A stretch of DNA of 64,000 nucleotides from an uncultured Gammaproteobacteria bacterium (GCA_937992195.1 CALKKV010000007.1:21581-85580); one strand, 5' to 3'; numbered from the stretch's first letter, positions 41,324 to 50,679 are shown. The notes: a model not told the origin generated them from the letters alone. Numbers and translations are program-made.

Positions 41324-41770
41324 ATGACAAATTCTAAACTTGAGCCTAACCTGATCGTCGGCGCGATGGTGATTGTTGGTTTTGCGGTAGGTAGATTACC
41401 GAGTGAATTGACTTTAGGAAGGCTTGTTTTATGGTTATCGGTTTTATTTTTAGTCCATACGTTGGTGCGAGATTTGTATCTTTACATGCGTTTAAAAAAT
41501 CAAACCAAGCCTGCGGAGCGAAGAGATGCCCAATGTTTTTGCGTTGAATCCGGGGTAGGAATTCTTATTTTGATATTGGGTCTAGCATTACTAACGGCAA
41601 ATATTGGCGGTAACGTCACAATGACTAATGTCAGCTGGTTTTTTTCAATAACTATCTGTCTTTGGCTCAATTTTTGGATGAAAGATTTTGTCTTTAGCTG
41701 GAACCCTTGGCGTGTTTATCGAGATCCAGATCATCTAAATATCGTTCCACGTTTTAAAGTAAAACCATAG
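41324..41770 (+). CDS. hypothetical membrane protein (about 4 TM)
   Basis: 148 aa, hydrophobic, with a 380-bp AT-rich upstream region. I recognise no family. Confidence 0.5.
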   Translation: MTNSKLEPNLIVGAMVIVGFAVGRLPSELTLGRLVLWLSVLFLVHTLVRDLYLYMRLKNQTKPAERRDAQCFCVESGVGILILILGLALLTANIGGNVTMTNVSWFFSITICLWLNFWMKDFVFSWNPWRVYRDPDHLNIVPRFKVKP

Positions 41771-41996
41771 CAATTGAACGGAAATTTCACAAATAACTGT
41801 TCAAAAACTCGTTGCTAAACCCGTTTATATCGCGCTCAATTTCAACCGCGTATTATCTGATTGGCGTCATATTTTCTCTGCAATACAACCTTCAACTTCA
41901 GCACCGCTAAGTCGCAGAACGCTAGGTTTGACCAAAGCAAAAACCGTCCGTCATCTGATTAGGTTTTTTCTCATTTGAGAAAACAGTTTTAGTCGA

Positions 41997-42728
41997 TTAC
42001 TTATTCGTCGACTTCTGCATCAGACGTCGGATAGCAACTTTTAAGCTGTTTTGCATTCTACCGAAGCTGTCCGCAAGCACCCCAATTTCGTCTTTTGAAT
42101 TGATGAAAACTCTCTGGTTTAAATCTCCTCTGGAAATCAGGTCTGCTGCGCTGGTCAACTTTTGAAGCGGCACGATCAACAATTTGCGTAGAACTAGCAC
42201 CATAACCAGAATAATAAATATATTTAGGACAAGAAGCGTACCCAAAACACCCTGACCAAATTGTTTTAAATCCCTCAACATGCTGGCCGGTGAAACATAT
42301 ATACCTACCTGGCCAATGGCTTGTTCATCTTTGCTTACTTCACGCTCTACGTATATTAGATCTCCGGCCACGGTACCGGATGAATCCACGACCGAGCCAT
42401 CTGACAAACGCTCTTTTGCCGCAAAAAGACCTTTACCTTCTTCGTCTTGCACTACAATTGCAGAGACTCTTCGTTCCGAGAGTTCAGCAGTCAGTAACTC
42501 GCTAACCTGTTCACGATCCAGGCTCCACATCGGTAATGAGAGGTGCTTTGAAAGCCGAGTCGCCGAAACTTCAGCCAGCTCTTGCAAATCCGCTTGCTCA
42601 GTTTTCTCCAGGTACTTGTATGCCAAGATACCAGCCAAGCCAAGAATTAAGGTGATAGTAATGATAATAGTGACAATGACCTTGGTGCGGATTGTGTTGT
42701 ACCATTTAATATCTTTTGATGAACTCAT
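41997..42728 (-). CDS. membrane sensor stub: TM - periplasmic domain - TM - HAMP, with no output domain
   Basis: 243 aa. TM1 is VIVTIIITITLILGLAGILAY. A periplasmic region of about 130 aa follows, then TM2 VLGTLLVLNIFIILVMVLVL. The canonical HAMP is RKLLIVPLQKLTSAADLISRGDLNQRV..SKDEIGVLADSFGRMQNSL. The protein ends 15 aa after the HAMP. Confidence 0.75.
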   Translation of the reverse strand: MSSSKDIKWYNTIRTKVIVTIIITITLILGLAGILAYKYLEKTEQADLQELAEVSATRLSKHLSLPMWSLDREQVSELLTAELSERRVSAIVVQDEEGKGLFAAKERLSDGSVVDSSGTVAGDLIYVEREVSKDEQAIGQVGIYVSPASMLRDLKQFGQGVLGTLLVLNIFIILVMVLVLRKLLIVPLQKLTSAADLISRGDLNQRVFINSKDEIGVLADSFGRMQNSLKVAIRRLMQKSTNK

Positions 42729-42838
42729 TTTTTTCTTCCCAGAAATTGTTGGAAGCGTTGTTTCGTAAAATCTACTAACGCGTTAAAAATTAAATATAGG
42801 CTATCAGATGCGAAAGATCTGGTAGCAATGGACCCTGC

Positions 42839-43582
42839 TTACTTAAGACTTTGTATCACCGCAGCCTCTGCCTTGGTAATCAGGCTTTCTAGCTCGCCAC
42901 TATCCTGCATTGCCACAATAGCCTCGTCCACTTGCGGTACGATGTCAGCGTGGTCTTCATGGATGTAGTTATAAAGATCAAGCACCGCAAGGGGCTGCTG
43001 AATAGGGCCGATATTTTCGTACCCTAATTTCTCCAACACCAGTATTCCATCTACAGTGTTGGTTAGTGCAACGTCCGCCCGCCCGCGCTGCAGAAACTCC
43101 ATCATCGTTTCGGTATTTTTAATGTCAAATACATTGTCCAGGCCTTGAGTGATATTGTTTGTGTGCTTTACGCCTCTCACTTTGACAACTCGGTATTTGG
43201 CTAAATCCTCTTTTGTCCGAATTTTAATTCCACTGTTCTTGCGCACAAATCCCATTGTCTCCAGGTAATAGTAAGGAGTTGGTACCCGAATGGTAGTCGG
43301 GTTTTCATTTCCATAGGTAAAGATACGCATGATCTCACCGTCTTTGGATCCGCTGGTAGCTTCTTCTTGGGCGCGTTTCCCAGGCATCGGAGAGATGTCG
43401 ACAGTGAAGCCAATCTTTTTGTAGATTTCGGGTATTAACAGTCGGCCCACTTCTTGCTCAATTAAATTCTGAATCGACACAAATTGATAATCTTGCGAGA
43501 GACTGGTTCTCGGAAACAGCATCAGTAGGGCTGCTAAAACAGCAAAAGATTTTGTAGCAATAGTAAGTAAGTTTCTTTTCAA
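42839..43582 (-). CDS. periplasmic solute-binding protein (SBP_bac_3-like), orphan
   Basis: 247 aa with a signal peptide (ALLMLFPRTSLSQ) and a type-2 periplasmic binding fold pattern (RADVALTN...). No ABC permease or ATPase genes are adjacent. Confidence 0.7.
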   Translation of the reverse strand: MKRNLLTIATKSFAVLAALLMLFPRTSLSQDYQFVSIQNLIEQEVGRLLIPEIYKKIGFTVDISPMPGKRAQEEATSGSKDGEIMRIFTYGNENPTTIRVPTPYYYLETMGFVRKNSGIKIRTKEDLAKYRVVKVRGVKHTNNITQGLDNVFDIKNTETMMEFLQRGRADVALTNTVDGILVLEKLGYENIGPIQQPLAVLDLYNYIHEDHADIVPQVDEAIVAMQDSGELESLITKAEAAVIQSLK

Positions 43583-44114
43583 AGTTTTATTCCTGTCGCG
43601 GGCCCATGGCCTAGATTAGGGGTTATTAATTCCACTAACAGCATAATTGTAGTTAAACAGTACCACTCTCAATCAGCCTTAACGGATTGATCAAAGTGCC
43701 AATACAAGCGCAGGTGAGGTGGTCAATATAAAGAAAGCATCTCAAGAATGCTTAAAACTTATAGATATATTTCAAGTCGCCGCAATATTATTGTATTTCT
43801 ACCGGCGCTACCAAAATTATACCAAAACTATCTGATCGATTACAGGCCAAAATACCCCGCATCTGATTCAGTAAGATAAGCGGTGCATTATTATGCACGA
43901 TATGTATTCCCCCAATTAATTTTTTGAGTTTTTAAAATATTTATGGGTTCGACTAAATATTGAAATATACAGCGATGTTGAGCGACTGTATTTGTAATGT
44001 GTCACTCAAGGCCAGAAATCACATCAGTGGGAACAGAGTAAATTGTATCTCTTTCTCTGAGAACAGCGGTTTGAACACCGCTGTGCTATCTTCAAAGTTT
44101 ATAAATATGCAAGC

Positions 44115-45266
44115 TTAGTAGCTGTCCCACTGCACGCGGACACCGTCTGCTCCCGTATTGAGATATAAAATCCCTAAAGCGCCGAGTAAAACAACCCCGG
44201 TGATAACGGCTAAACCTATTTTTATCGCACTCCATGGCCGATCTCCCTGTACCTCACCGGTTCGGCCATTGACGATAAACTGGAATGTTCTGTCTCTGAA
44301 TCGAAATCCGGCAATCCAGAATGGCAACAGAATGTGCTTGAATGTAATGTCACTGTAGCGTGTGTCGGCTTGATGGATACGTTGCTGGTCCCCGCCAATA
44401 TTGCGTCGAATGTCCTGACGAATAACTGGATGCATTCTTTGTTTGGCGAAGTCAAACCCCTGATCGAGCTCAACCTTATACACCTCGCTTTGAAACCCGG
44501 TGAGAAATTCTTCCTGATAGGGTTTTAACTCCCCAAGGTCCCAGGGAGCAAGTTCCTTGGCCATTGATCTTGGAAGGGAGTTCGTTCCGTAAATCAAGAC
44601 ATCATTAAAATCCCTTCTTACGTGACCGCTGACTGGCGACCATCGAATCTTGCTTACCATGCGCGTTTGGGTCTGCATCTTGCCGTTCACTCTGACCCGG
44701 ACCCGCTGTCGTACCTGATAAATATCACCGCGTTCACCCCGATATCGGGTTTCGGTTGCGCTATCGTATGTCCAGTAGGGAACATAGACACCATTTAGCT
44801 TACGGTCCGTGCGCGCAAACTTTTTGAGCTTGTTCGGCGCAAACCATAGCCGAGTCAGCCACTTTCGATACGAGTCGCCGGCCTGTTTCGCATTGATCCG
44901 AAATGGCAGCAGTGATTTCGGTTGAATCAGACGATGTTCGTGACTGTCGACGATAATCTTAGTGCTGCAAAAAGGGCATTCGTCGGCATGCAAGTTCTTG
45001 TCGAATTCAAATTCCGCAGCGCATGCTTGGCATTTGACCGTGTATTGAACAGAATTTGGCGCAGCCCCGGGCAACTGTTTTAATGTCGAGTGGAAATCGT
45101 ACTCCTCGATCGGTACGCGAGATAGCTGAATCTGATGCAGATGATCACAATGGGTGCACTGCAACGAGTCGCTGCCCTCCAAGTACTGAAGTTGGGCACC
45201 ACACTGTTCACAGGGAAAAGTATGCTGCCGCGATGCGAGAAATTCAGTGGTGCTTGGGTTTTGCAA
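44115..45266 (-). CDS. double zinc-ribbon protein with a C-terminal TM anchor (unknown function)
   Basis: 383 aa. It has two CxxC-x(n)-CxxC ribbons (CEQCGAQLQY..LQCTHCDH; CQACAAEFEF..ECPFCS), a large beta-rich middle region and a C-terminal TM helix, IGLAVITGVVLLGALGILYL. Only a TTG start is available and there is no clear SD, so the start is uncertain. Confidence 0.6.
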   Translation of the reverse strand: MQNPSTTEFLASRQHTFPCEQCGAQLQYLEGSDSLQCTHCDHLHQIQLSRVPIEEYDFHSTLKQLPGAAPNSVQYTVKCQACAAEFEFDKNLHADECPFCSTKIIVDSHEHRLIQPKSLLPFRINAKQAGDSYRKWLTRLWFAPNKLKKFARTDRKLNGVYVPYWTYDSATETRYRGERGDIYQVRQRVRVRVNGKMQTQTRMVSKIRWSPVSGHVRRDFNDVLIYGTNSLPRSMAKELAPWDLGELKPYQEEFLTGFQSEVYKVELDQGFDFAKQRMHPVIRQDIRRNIGGDQQRIHQADTRYSDITFKHILLPFWIAGFRFRDRTFQFIVNGRTGEVQGDRPWSAIKIGLAVITGVVLLGALGILYLNTGADGVRVQWDSY

Positions 45267-45350
45267 AACCGGTTTACTGCTAAATTCTTAATTTAAAAGA
45301 CAATGAAAACCACTTGTTCAAAGGTTTTAAGACATTGCTCAATGATACGA

Positions 45351-46448
45351 TTAAACAGGAATATCTGGCGGTATGTGCTTGAGTACCTCTGTAACTTCTT
45401 TAACTTCCGAAGCAATTGTCCACTCCGTCATACCGTTTCTCCAAACCAGCGAATCCCGCTGAAGTGAGCCGTTCTCAGCTTGTTCCTTCAGCTCTTCTAA
45501 CTCATACGGTCCCGCGCGCTTACCGTCTACAACGATATAATACATTGCCTCTTCGGGTACCGGCGGTGGACCACTTTGATTGGTATTTTCTGGAGGTGCA
45601 TTCAGAGTCGCACCGAGCTTATTTGCCATCGCAAAACCCATACCCATCGCAATTGCTTCTCCACCACCACCCGGATTGTCGGCCGCACGGGTTAGCGCAT
45701 CCGCAGCTTGATAGTCAGTGTATTTCTTCAGGTCGCCGATTACACCCATAGAGGTGCGCTTGTCGAGGGCTTTCTCAACTTCTGGAGGAAGAGAAATATT
45801 CTCGACCAAGAGAGTAGTGAGCGATAAGCCATAGTCGGCAAATTCGGGGTTAATTTTGTCTTGAAGGAAATTGCCCAAATCGTCGTAGTTAGCAGCAAGG
45901 TCAAGCACTGGAATACCAGCAGACGCTGTAATCTCAGCGAAGCGAGAGACCACTAAGTTACGCAGCTGATCAGTGATTTCGTCAGTGGTAAAGTAATCAT
46001 CAGTTCCGGCCACTTCTTTGAGAAATTTTGCCGGATCTTCAACCCGAATCGCATAGGTTCCAAAACCACGTAAGCGGACAGCGCCAAACTCTTCATCCCG
46101 CATCATGATGGGGTTTTTGGTGCCCCATTTCAAATCAATAAACTGCTTGGTTGATAAGAAATAAACTTCGGCCTTGAATGGACTCTTAAAGCCGTGAGGC
46201 CAAGACTGAAGCGTAGTTAGAATCGGAAGATTCGCTGTTTCCAGCTGGTATAGACCGGGAGAAAATACGTCAGCGATCTGTCCTTCGTTTACAAACACAG
46301 CAACCTGCGACTCTCTTACGGTTAACATCGCACCGTATTTAATTTCATTTCCCTGCCGTTCAAATCGCTTTACCATCAGATCTTCGTCGTCGCTCATCCA
46401 TTCGATGACGTCGATAAACTGGCCGGTAATGATGTCCCATAGTCCCAT
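45351..46448 (-). CDS. SPFH/Band-7 superfamily protein of the YdjI type with a C-terminal GYF_2 domain
   Basis: 365 aa. The N-terminal FIDVIEW...VKRF...GAMLTVRESQVAVFVNEG and the WGTK block resemble my recollection of B. subtilis YdjI. A Gly/Met-rich linker (GGGGEAIAMGMGFAMAN) follows. The C-terminal YYIVVDGKRAGPYELEELKEQAENGSLQRDSLVWRNGMTEW fits the GYF_2 pattern. Confidence 0.75.
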   Translation of the reverse strand: MGLWDIITGQFIDVIEWMSDDEDLMVKRFERQGNEIKYGAMLTVRESQVAVFVNEGQIADVFSPGLYQLETANLPILTTLQSWPHGFKSPFKAEVYFLSTKQFIDLKWGTKNPIMMRDEEFGAVRLRGFGTYAIRVEDPAKFLKEVAGTDDYFTTDEITDQLRNLVVSRFAEITASAGIPVLDLAANYDDLGNFLQDKINPEFADYGLSLTTLLVENISLPPEVEKALDKRTSMGVIGDLKKYTDYQAADALTRAADNPGGGGEAIAMGMGFAMANKLGATLNAPPENTNQSGPPPVPEEAMYYIVVDGKRAGPYELEELKEQAENGSLQRDSLVWRNGMTEWTIASEVKEVTEVLKHIPPDIPV

Positions 46449-46449
46449 G

Positions 46450-47607
46450 CTATACCTCCGCGGTGGCTGCAGGGGCGTCAGCGCGCGCGCTAGCTGCCGT
46501 TAACGCAGATCGAAGCTCTCGCTCACATTTTTCAAGTTCAACTACCGCTTCCGCACGCTGTTTTTTTCCTTTGTCGGCGATTTCGAGGCTTTCATTGATC
46601 GTCTCGATCAATTTCGCATTAGCGACTTTGACAGATTCGAGATCAAACACTCCACGTTCAATTTGCTCCCGGACTTCGCGATTCGCCTGTTGCAGGTTTT
46701 CAGCATTCTTTTCCAGCAGTTCATTGGTCAGGTCGGTAGCCGCTTTTACCGTGCTCGCAGCTTGTTGTGAGCGATAGATCGTTACCGCCTGCGCCAGCTG
46801 TTGCCGCCATAGCGGAACGGTGTTGGCTATTGTCGATTGAATCTTGCGAATTAAACCTTTATCGTTTTCCTGGACAAGTCGAATCGACGGCAGGGCTTGC
46901 ATAGTGACCGTGCGGGTCAGGCGTAAATCATGCACCCGCCTTTCCAAATCGTCTCTAGCAGTGCGAATATCTCTGAGCTCTTGGGCCTTCAATACATCGT
47001 CGCTTTGTTCGGTAACTGACACCATTTCAGGTATCACTACTTTATCTAGCTGTTCCAGCTTTTCATCGCCAGCGTGTATATAGTTTTCGAGATCACCAAA
47101 GTAGTCCAGACTCGCATCGTATAGTCGATCCAGTGAAGCGATATCGGTTAACAGCGTGGTCTTGTGTCCTTCTAGTTTGTCGGTCACCGTATCAAGTTGC
47201 TTTCGTATTTCTTCATATTCTTGTAGAAACTTGACTACAGGCTTAGCACCACGGAACAAGCGAGCAAACCAGCTAGGATTAACCGCGAGATCTTCAGCGC
47301 CAAATCCTCTCAGCGTGGCCACCATGTCATTGAGAGAGTCTGAGGCAGGGCCGATATCTTTATTTCGGACTCCCTCAAGCATGTTGTCGGAGACAGTGGT
47401 TAATTGTTGCTGTGCTTTTGTACCAAAGAAGATAATTGAGTTACTGTCGTCCATATCGATTTCGGCCATCATACGATCTATGTCGACTTTGTCGGCTTCG
47501 GTAAGAGCGACCTTGTCTTTAATTTGTTCTTCAACAACTGGAAGCATCTTTTCGGTGACTGCTGCCACTTCGCTGTCTGCGACTAAGGTTTGAGTTTCTT
47601 CGTTCAT
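46450..47607 (-). CDS. TelA-like toxic anion resistance family protein
   Basis: All-helical and coiled-coil rich. IIFFGTKAQQQLTTVSDNMLEGVRNKDIGPASDSLNDMV resembles the conserved TelA/YaaN N-terminal block. The start is taken at ATG 47607, preceded by GGAGAAAAT. The track ORF begins 13 codons earlier. The stop is 1 bp from the next gene's start. Confidence 0.75.
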   Translation of the reverse strand: MNEETQTLVADSEVAAVTEKMLPVVEEQIKDKVALTEADKVDIDRMMAEIDMDDSNSIIFFGTKAQQQLTTVSDNMLEGVRNKDIGPASDSLNDMVATLRGFGAEDLAVNPSWFARLFRGAKPVVKFLQEYEEIRKQLDTVTDKLEGHKTTLLTDIASLDRLYDASLDYFGDLENYIHAGDEKLEQLDKVVIPEMVSVTEQSDDVLKAQELRDIRTARDDLERRVHDLRLTRTVTMQALPSIRLVQENDKGLIRKIQSTIANTVPLWRQQLAQAVTIYRSQQAASTVKAATDLTNELLEKNAENLQQANREVREQIERGVFDLESVKVANAKLIETINESLEIADKGKKQRAEAVVELEKCERELRSALTAASARADAPAATAEV

Positions 47608-47694
47608 ATTTTCTCCGTTGCGTGTTCCCGGTGAACAATTTTTCAATTGCTTGGGTATTAATTTATTTTCTATGTATAACTATTAAATTTTGAT

Positions 47695-48534
47695 TTAGAT
47701 GATTCCCTCATGCTTCAGCTGCGCCTCAAGTACTTCGATTTTGACATCTAAATCCAGGGCGTCATTTTCTAGAAGTTTTCCGTGCTGTTCCTCGATAACT
47801 GATTCGATACTTTCTAAGACATTGCGAAAATTTTGTTCTAGAGTTTCATTATCTTGAAGCTGATGCGTTCTCGCATATTGACTGGACACATTTTTGGCCC
47901 CGGTTAGATACACCTTTAAAAACTTGCGGGCGCGTCGCAAATCTTTTGGATCATCTTCAATAATTGAGAGAATGCTGCGAGTCTTACTGACGATTCGTCC
48001 GAGCCTTATTTTGAGTTCATTGTTACCAATCTGTTTGGAGGAGGCTTCAATTTGAACAAGATGTGCTTCAGCCTCATCTAGCGCCTCAACCACTTCTTCT
48101 GTGGTCACGCCAAATCGGGAAACATCTTGATTGCTATCGTACTGCGGGTCGAAGCCATAGCGCAGCGCGACCCCTGCAAAGCCCATGCCCGCTGAAATTA
48201 CCCCAACAAGAAAGGGTAGTCCCGCTAACATCTTGGTGATAATAAACGCCGCCGTAGCGACAAACACCGCTGCGGAAAAACGCCAGGGAACACGAGTTGC
48301 ACGAGCCCACTTACGCTTACCAGCTATCCATTCGTATTTTGCGCCTTGGCGTAGAAACCATGCAGCAAGCCAGGTTAATCCCAATGCTGCTCCGCTATAT
48401 ATCAGTTTGCTGATATTGCCTGAGAGCAGAGAGGCGATAGCCACTAGCAGCAGCGGAAGCGGCAAGAAATACAGCAGCAGTGGACCGATGCCTGGTCCTT
48501 CCTTTTTGTTTAGTTGACGATAAGGTGTTGGCAT
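47695..48534 (-). CDS. XpaC-like (5-bromo-4-chloroindolyl phosphate hydrolysis protein family) membrane protein
   Basis: 279 aa. The N-terminal half has 4 TM helices. The C-terminal half is a helical domain with RRARKFLKVYLTGAKNVSSQY, resembling the XpaC family block. It is paired with a TelA-like gene, as xpaC-yaaN is in Bacillus. Confidence 0.65.
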   Translation of the reverse strand: MPTPYRQLNKKEGPGIGPLLLYFLPLPLLLVAIASLLSGNISKLIYSGAALGLTWLAAWFLRQGAKYEWIAGKRKWARATRVPWRFSAAVFVATAAFIITKMLAGLPFLVGVISAGMGFAGVALRYGFDPQYDSNQDVSRFGVTTEEVVEALDEAEAHLVQIEASSKQIGNNELKIRLGRIVSKTRSILSIIEDDPKDLRRARKFLKVYLTGAKNVSSQYARTHQLQDNETLEQNFRNVLESIESVIEEQHGKLLENDALDLDVKIEVLEAQLKHEGII

Positions 48535-48611
48535 AGGCGCGCTAGTTTCCTCGGGAAATTCAATGAACCTGAGAAGGGCAGTTGTGAGATGAGTAACATG
48601 GATACAATTGT

Positions 48612-48749
48612 CTACAGTGCGTTGACAGCAAGAGAGATCGCCGCTTTACAGCTTGTGAGATGAATACAGATAAATAGCAGTAAAGTGCCAAGAAGCTTTC
48701 GCCATCCACCCAAAATCGGCTTTGGATTGTCTTTGACCAAAGTGTTCAT
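48612..48749 (-). CDS. possible 45-aa small membrane or lipoprotein-like ORF (below the ORF-track cutoff)
   Basis: My own translation is MNTLVKDNPKPILGGWRKLLGTLLLFICIHLTSCKAAISLAVNAL. GGAG lies 3 nt before the ATG, followed by a hydrophobic stretch and a lipobox-like LTSC. It sits between the YdjM-like gene and the XpaC-like gene. Confidence 0.3.
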   Translation of the reverse strand: MNTLVKDNPKPILGGWRKLLGTLLLFICIHLTSCKAAISLAVNAL

Positions 48750-48771
48750 TTTCTCCATAAATCGTTGTTTT

Positions 48772-49860
48772 TCATGATTTTACCGCATTATTACTGAATT
48801 TGGTTGGGTCTTGGTCGACATTCCGCTCGCTTTCCAGTGACGCTAAGTCACGACCGAGCAAACGCTGGCCAAGCCAGCCAAAGAACTTGATTATTTCAAT
48901 CTTCATTGGCGCCTCGTTGGGGATAGAAGCTACAGGGAAACCTTTCCCTTCGGTGATACCCTTCTTTGCCTTGGGATAGTGGCCAAATTCAAACTGAAAA
49001 AAGTAATAGGGTTCTCCCCCCATACGTAAATCTTGTCCCAATATTCTGTCTCCATCCTCTGAAAAAGCGTGAAAATTGTGATTAAACCTCGCAAATTGAT
49101 CTAGCGCTTTCTTGTCCCGAATGTCGGCGACATATTCGATCCCTCTATTGTAAGTTGAGAAATTGATACCTTCGTCAGGCTTCAGATAACTAAAATATCC
49201 TTCGTGAAAATATTGATCATCTATCGCTATCACTCTCCACAATATCGAGTTAAATGGGGTTGGTGTTGCCACTAACGCCTGAGGGCTTATTTTTGCTTTT
49301 GCTAAGGTGTTTATCGCTAATTCTTCAATATTGTTCTTTGCATACAGACCCCAGCAAAGATAGAGACTGCTAATGACGAGTCCCGCTAAAGAAACGGTTA
49401 AAACATGCTGTTGTAATGGTCTGCGCCAAATCCAGATCGCCGCCATGAGCAGTGGCAAAGAAAAAAGCGGGTCGATGATAAAAGTACTGCCGCCCATTAT
49501 TGGTTCTGTACCAAAAGGCCAAAATAGCCACGTTCCGTATATCGTTAACGCATCAAGGCCGCTATGGGTTACAAAAATTAAAAAGCATGTCAGAAAACGA
49601 TTCAAGAAACCCCAGCTTCTATCAATGTATCCGAGTAAAAATGCAAAAACCGGAGCAATTATTAAGTGCATGAGCCACGAGTGTGACCAGCTACGATGTT
49701 TGGTCATTGCATCCAAATCATTTTCGAATGGAACCAATACATCTAGATCAGGGAGTGTTCCTAACAGTGCGCCGATTACAATTGCACGGCGAGGCTGTCT
49801 GCCTCTAGTTGCGACCAAGGCAACTGCACTCCCCAGCATCGCCTGACTAAGGCTATCCAT
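48772..49860 (-). CDS. membrane-bound metal-dependent hydrolase, YdjM/YbcI (DUF457) family, with a C-terminal extracytoplasmic domain
   Basis: 362 aa. MDSLSQAMLGSAV, LLGTLPDLDVL, HRSWSHSW and THSGLDALT are His/Asp-rich blocks typical of DUF457. Confidence 0.7.
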   Translation of the reverse strand: MDSLSQAMLGSAVALVATRGRQPRRAIVIGALLGTLPDLDVLVPFENDLDAMTKHRSWSHSWLMHLIIAPVFAFLLGYIDRSWGFLNRFLTCFLIFVTHSGLDALTIYGTWLFWPFGTEPIMGGSTFIIDPLFSLPLLMAAIWIWRRPLQQHVLTVSLAGLVISSLYLCWGLYAKNNIEELAINTLAKAKISPQALVATPTPFNSILWRVIAIDDQYFHEGYFSYLKPDEGINFSTYNRGIEYVADIRDKKALDQFARFNHNFHAFSEDGDRILGQDLRMGGEPYYFFQFEFGHYPKAKKGITEGKGFPVASIPNEAPMKIEIIKFFGWLGQRLLGRDLASLESERNVDQDPTKFSNNAVKS

Positions 49861-50028
49861 TTTTCTTGAGACTGAGTAGTGGGATTGGGTGTAACATATT
49901 CAGTATGAGATACAGCAACTTATATCTCAAAACAGCTGCTTACATTCGCATATATTTTTTCTAATATTTTTACCATTAGCCTGTTATATGCGGCCTTTTT
50001 ACGAAATTTGAAGAGCTTGCCTTACGCA

Positions 50029-50679
50029 ATGTTGCAAAAAGAGATCGAAACTTTAAGAAATGATTACTCGAATGAGGGTATTAACTTTGAAAGTTTACCC
50101 GACGAGCCTCATCCGCTTTTCTCTACATGGTTAGACCAGGCTGTTTCAGCGGGTATTCCTGAGCCGAATGCGATGATCGTTGCCACCAACGATACAAAGT
50201 CTGAACCGAGTTTGCGTACGGTTTTGATGAAATCTCTTGATCAGTCTGGCTTATGTTTTTATACAAACTATACAAGCAGGAAATCGATTCAGCTCAACCA
50301 AAATCCGGCTATCAGCTGTTTATTTCCATGGCTTGCTTTACATCGGCAAGTGAGTTTCCAAGGTAAAGTAAGGATTGTTTCTGCCGAGCAATCTAAAGCA
50401 TATTTTCACAGCCGGCCGAGAGCGAGTCAGATTGGTGCATGGGCTTCAAGACAGAGCGAGCCGTTAACATCACGAGATGAATTAGAGAAGCGTTTTCAAA
50501 AGCTCGAAAAGCGTTTTGAAGGTCGGGAAGTGCCTTATCCAGAGTTTTGGGGAGGGTTCCAAGTTCTGCCGACTCGTGTCGAATTTTGGCAGGGTAGAAA
50601 TAGCCGACTGCATGATAGAGTTGTCTATTCTCGACCATCCCAGGACCAAGACTGGGATGTCAGATTGTTAAATCCTTGA
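50029..50679 (+). CDS. pdxH: pyridoxamine 5'-phosphate oxidase
   Basis: Colinear with E. coli PdxH: LRNDY, PNAMIVAT, FYTNYTSRK, FPW..L.RQV, YFHSRPRASQIGAWAS, FWGGF, EFWQGR..RLHDR. The track ORF starts at TTG 50008; ATG 50029 is preferred. Confidence 0.93.
   Translation: MLQKEIETLRNDYSNEGINFESLPDEPHPLFSTWLDQAVSAGIPEPNAMIVATNDTKSEPSLRTVLMKSLDQSGLCFYTNYTSRKSIQLNQNPAISCLFPWLALHRQVSFQGKVRIVSAEQSKAYFHSRPRASQIGAWASRQSEPLTSRDELEKRFQKLEKRFEGREVPYPEFWGGFQVLPTRVEFWQGRNSRLHDRVVYSRPSQDQDWDVRLLNP

Noticed and set aside
49861-50007. LexA box upstream of the YdjM-like hydrolase gene (ydjM is SOS-regulated in E. coli)
   Set aside because: The closest candidate, CTGTATCTCATACTGA on the minus strand, has CTGA instead of ACAG at the second half-site. 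It is not convincing.
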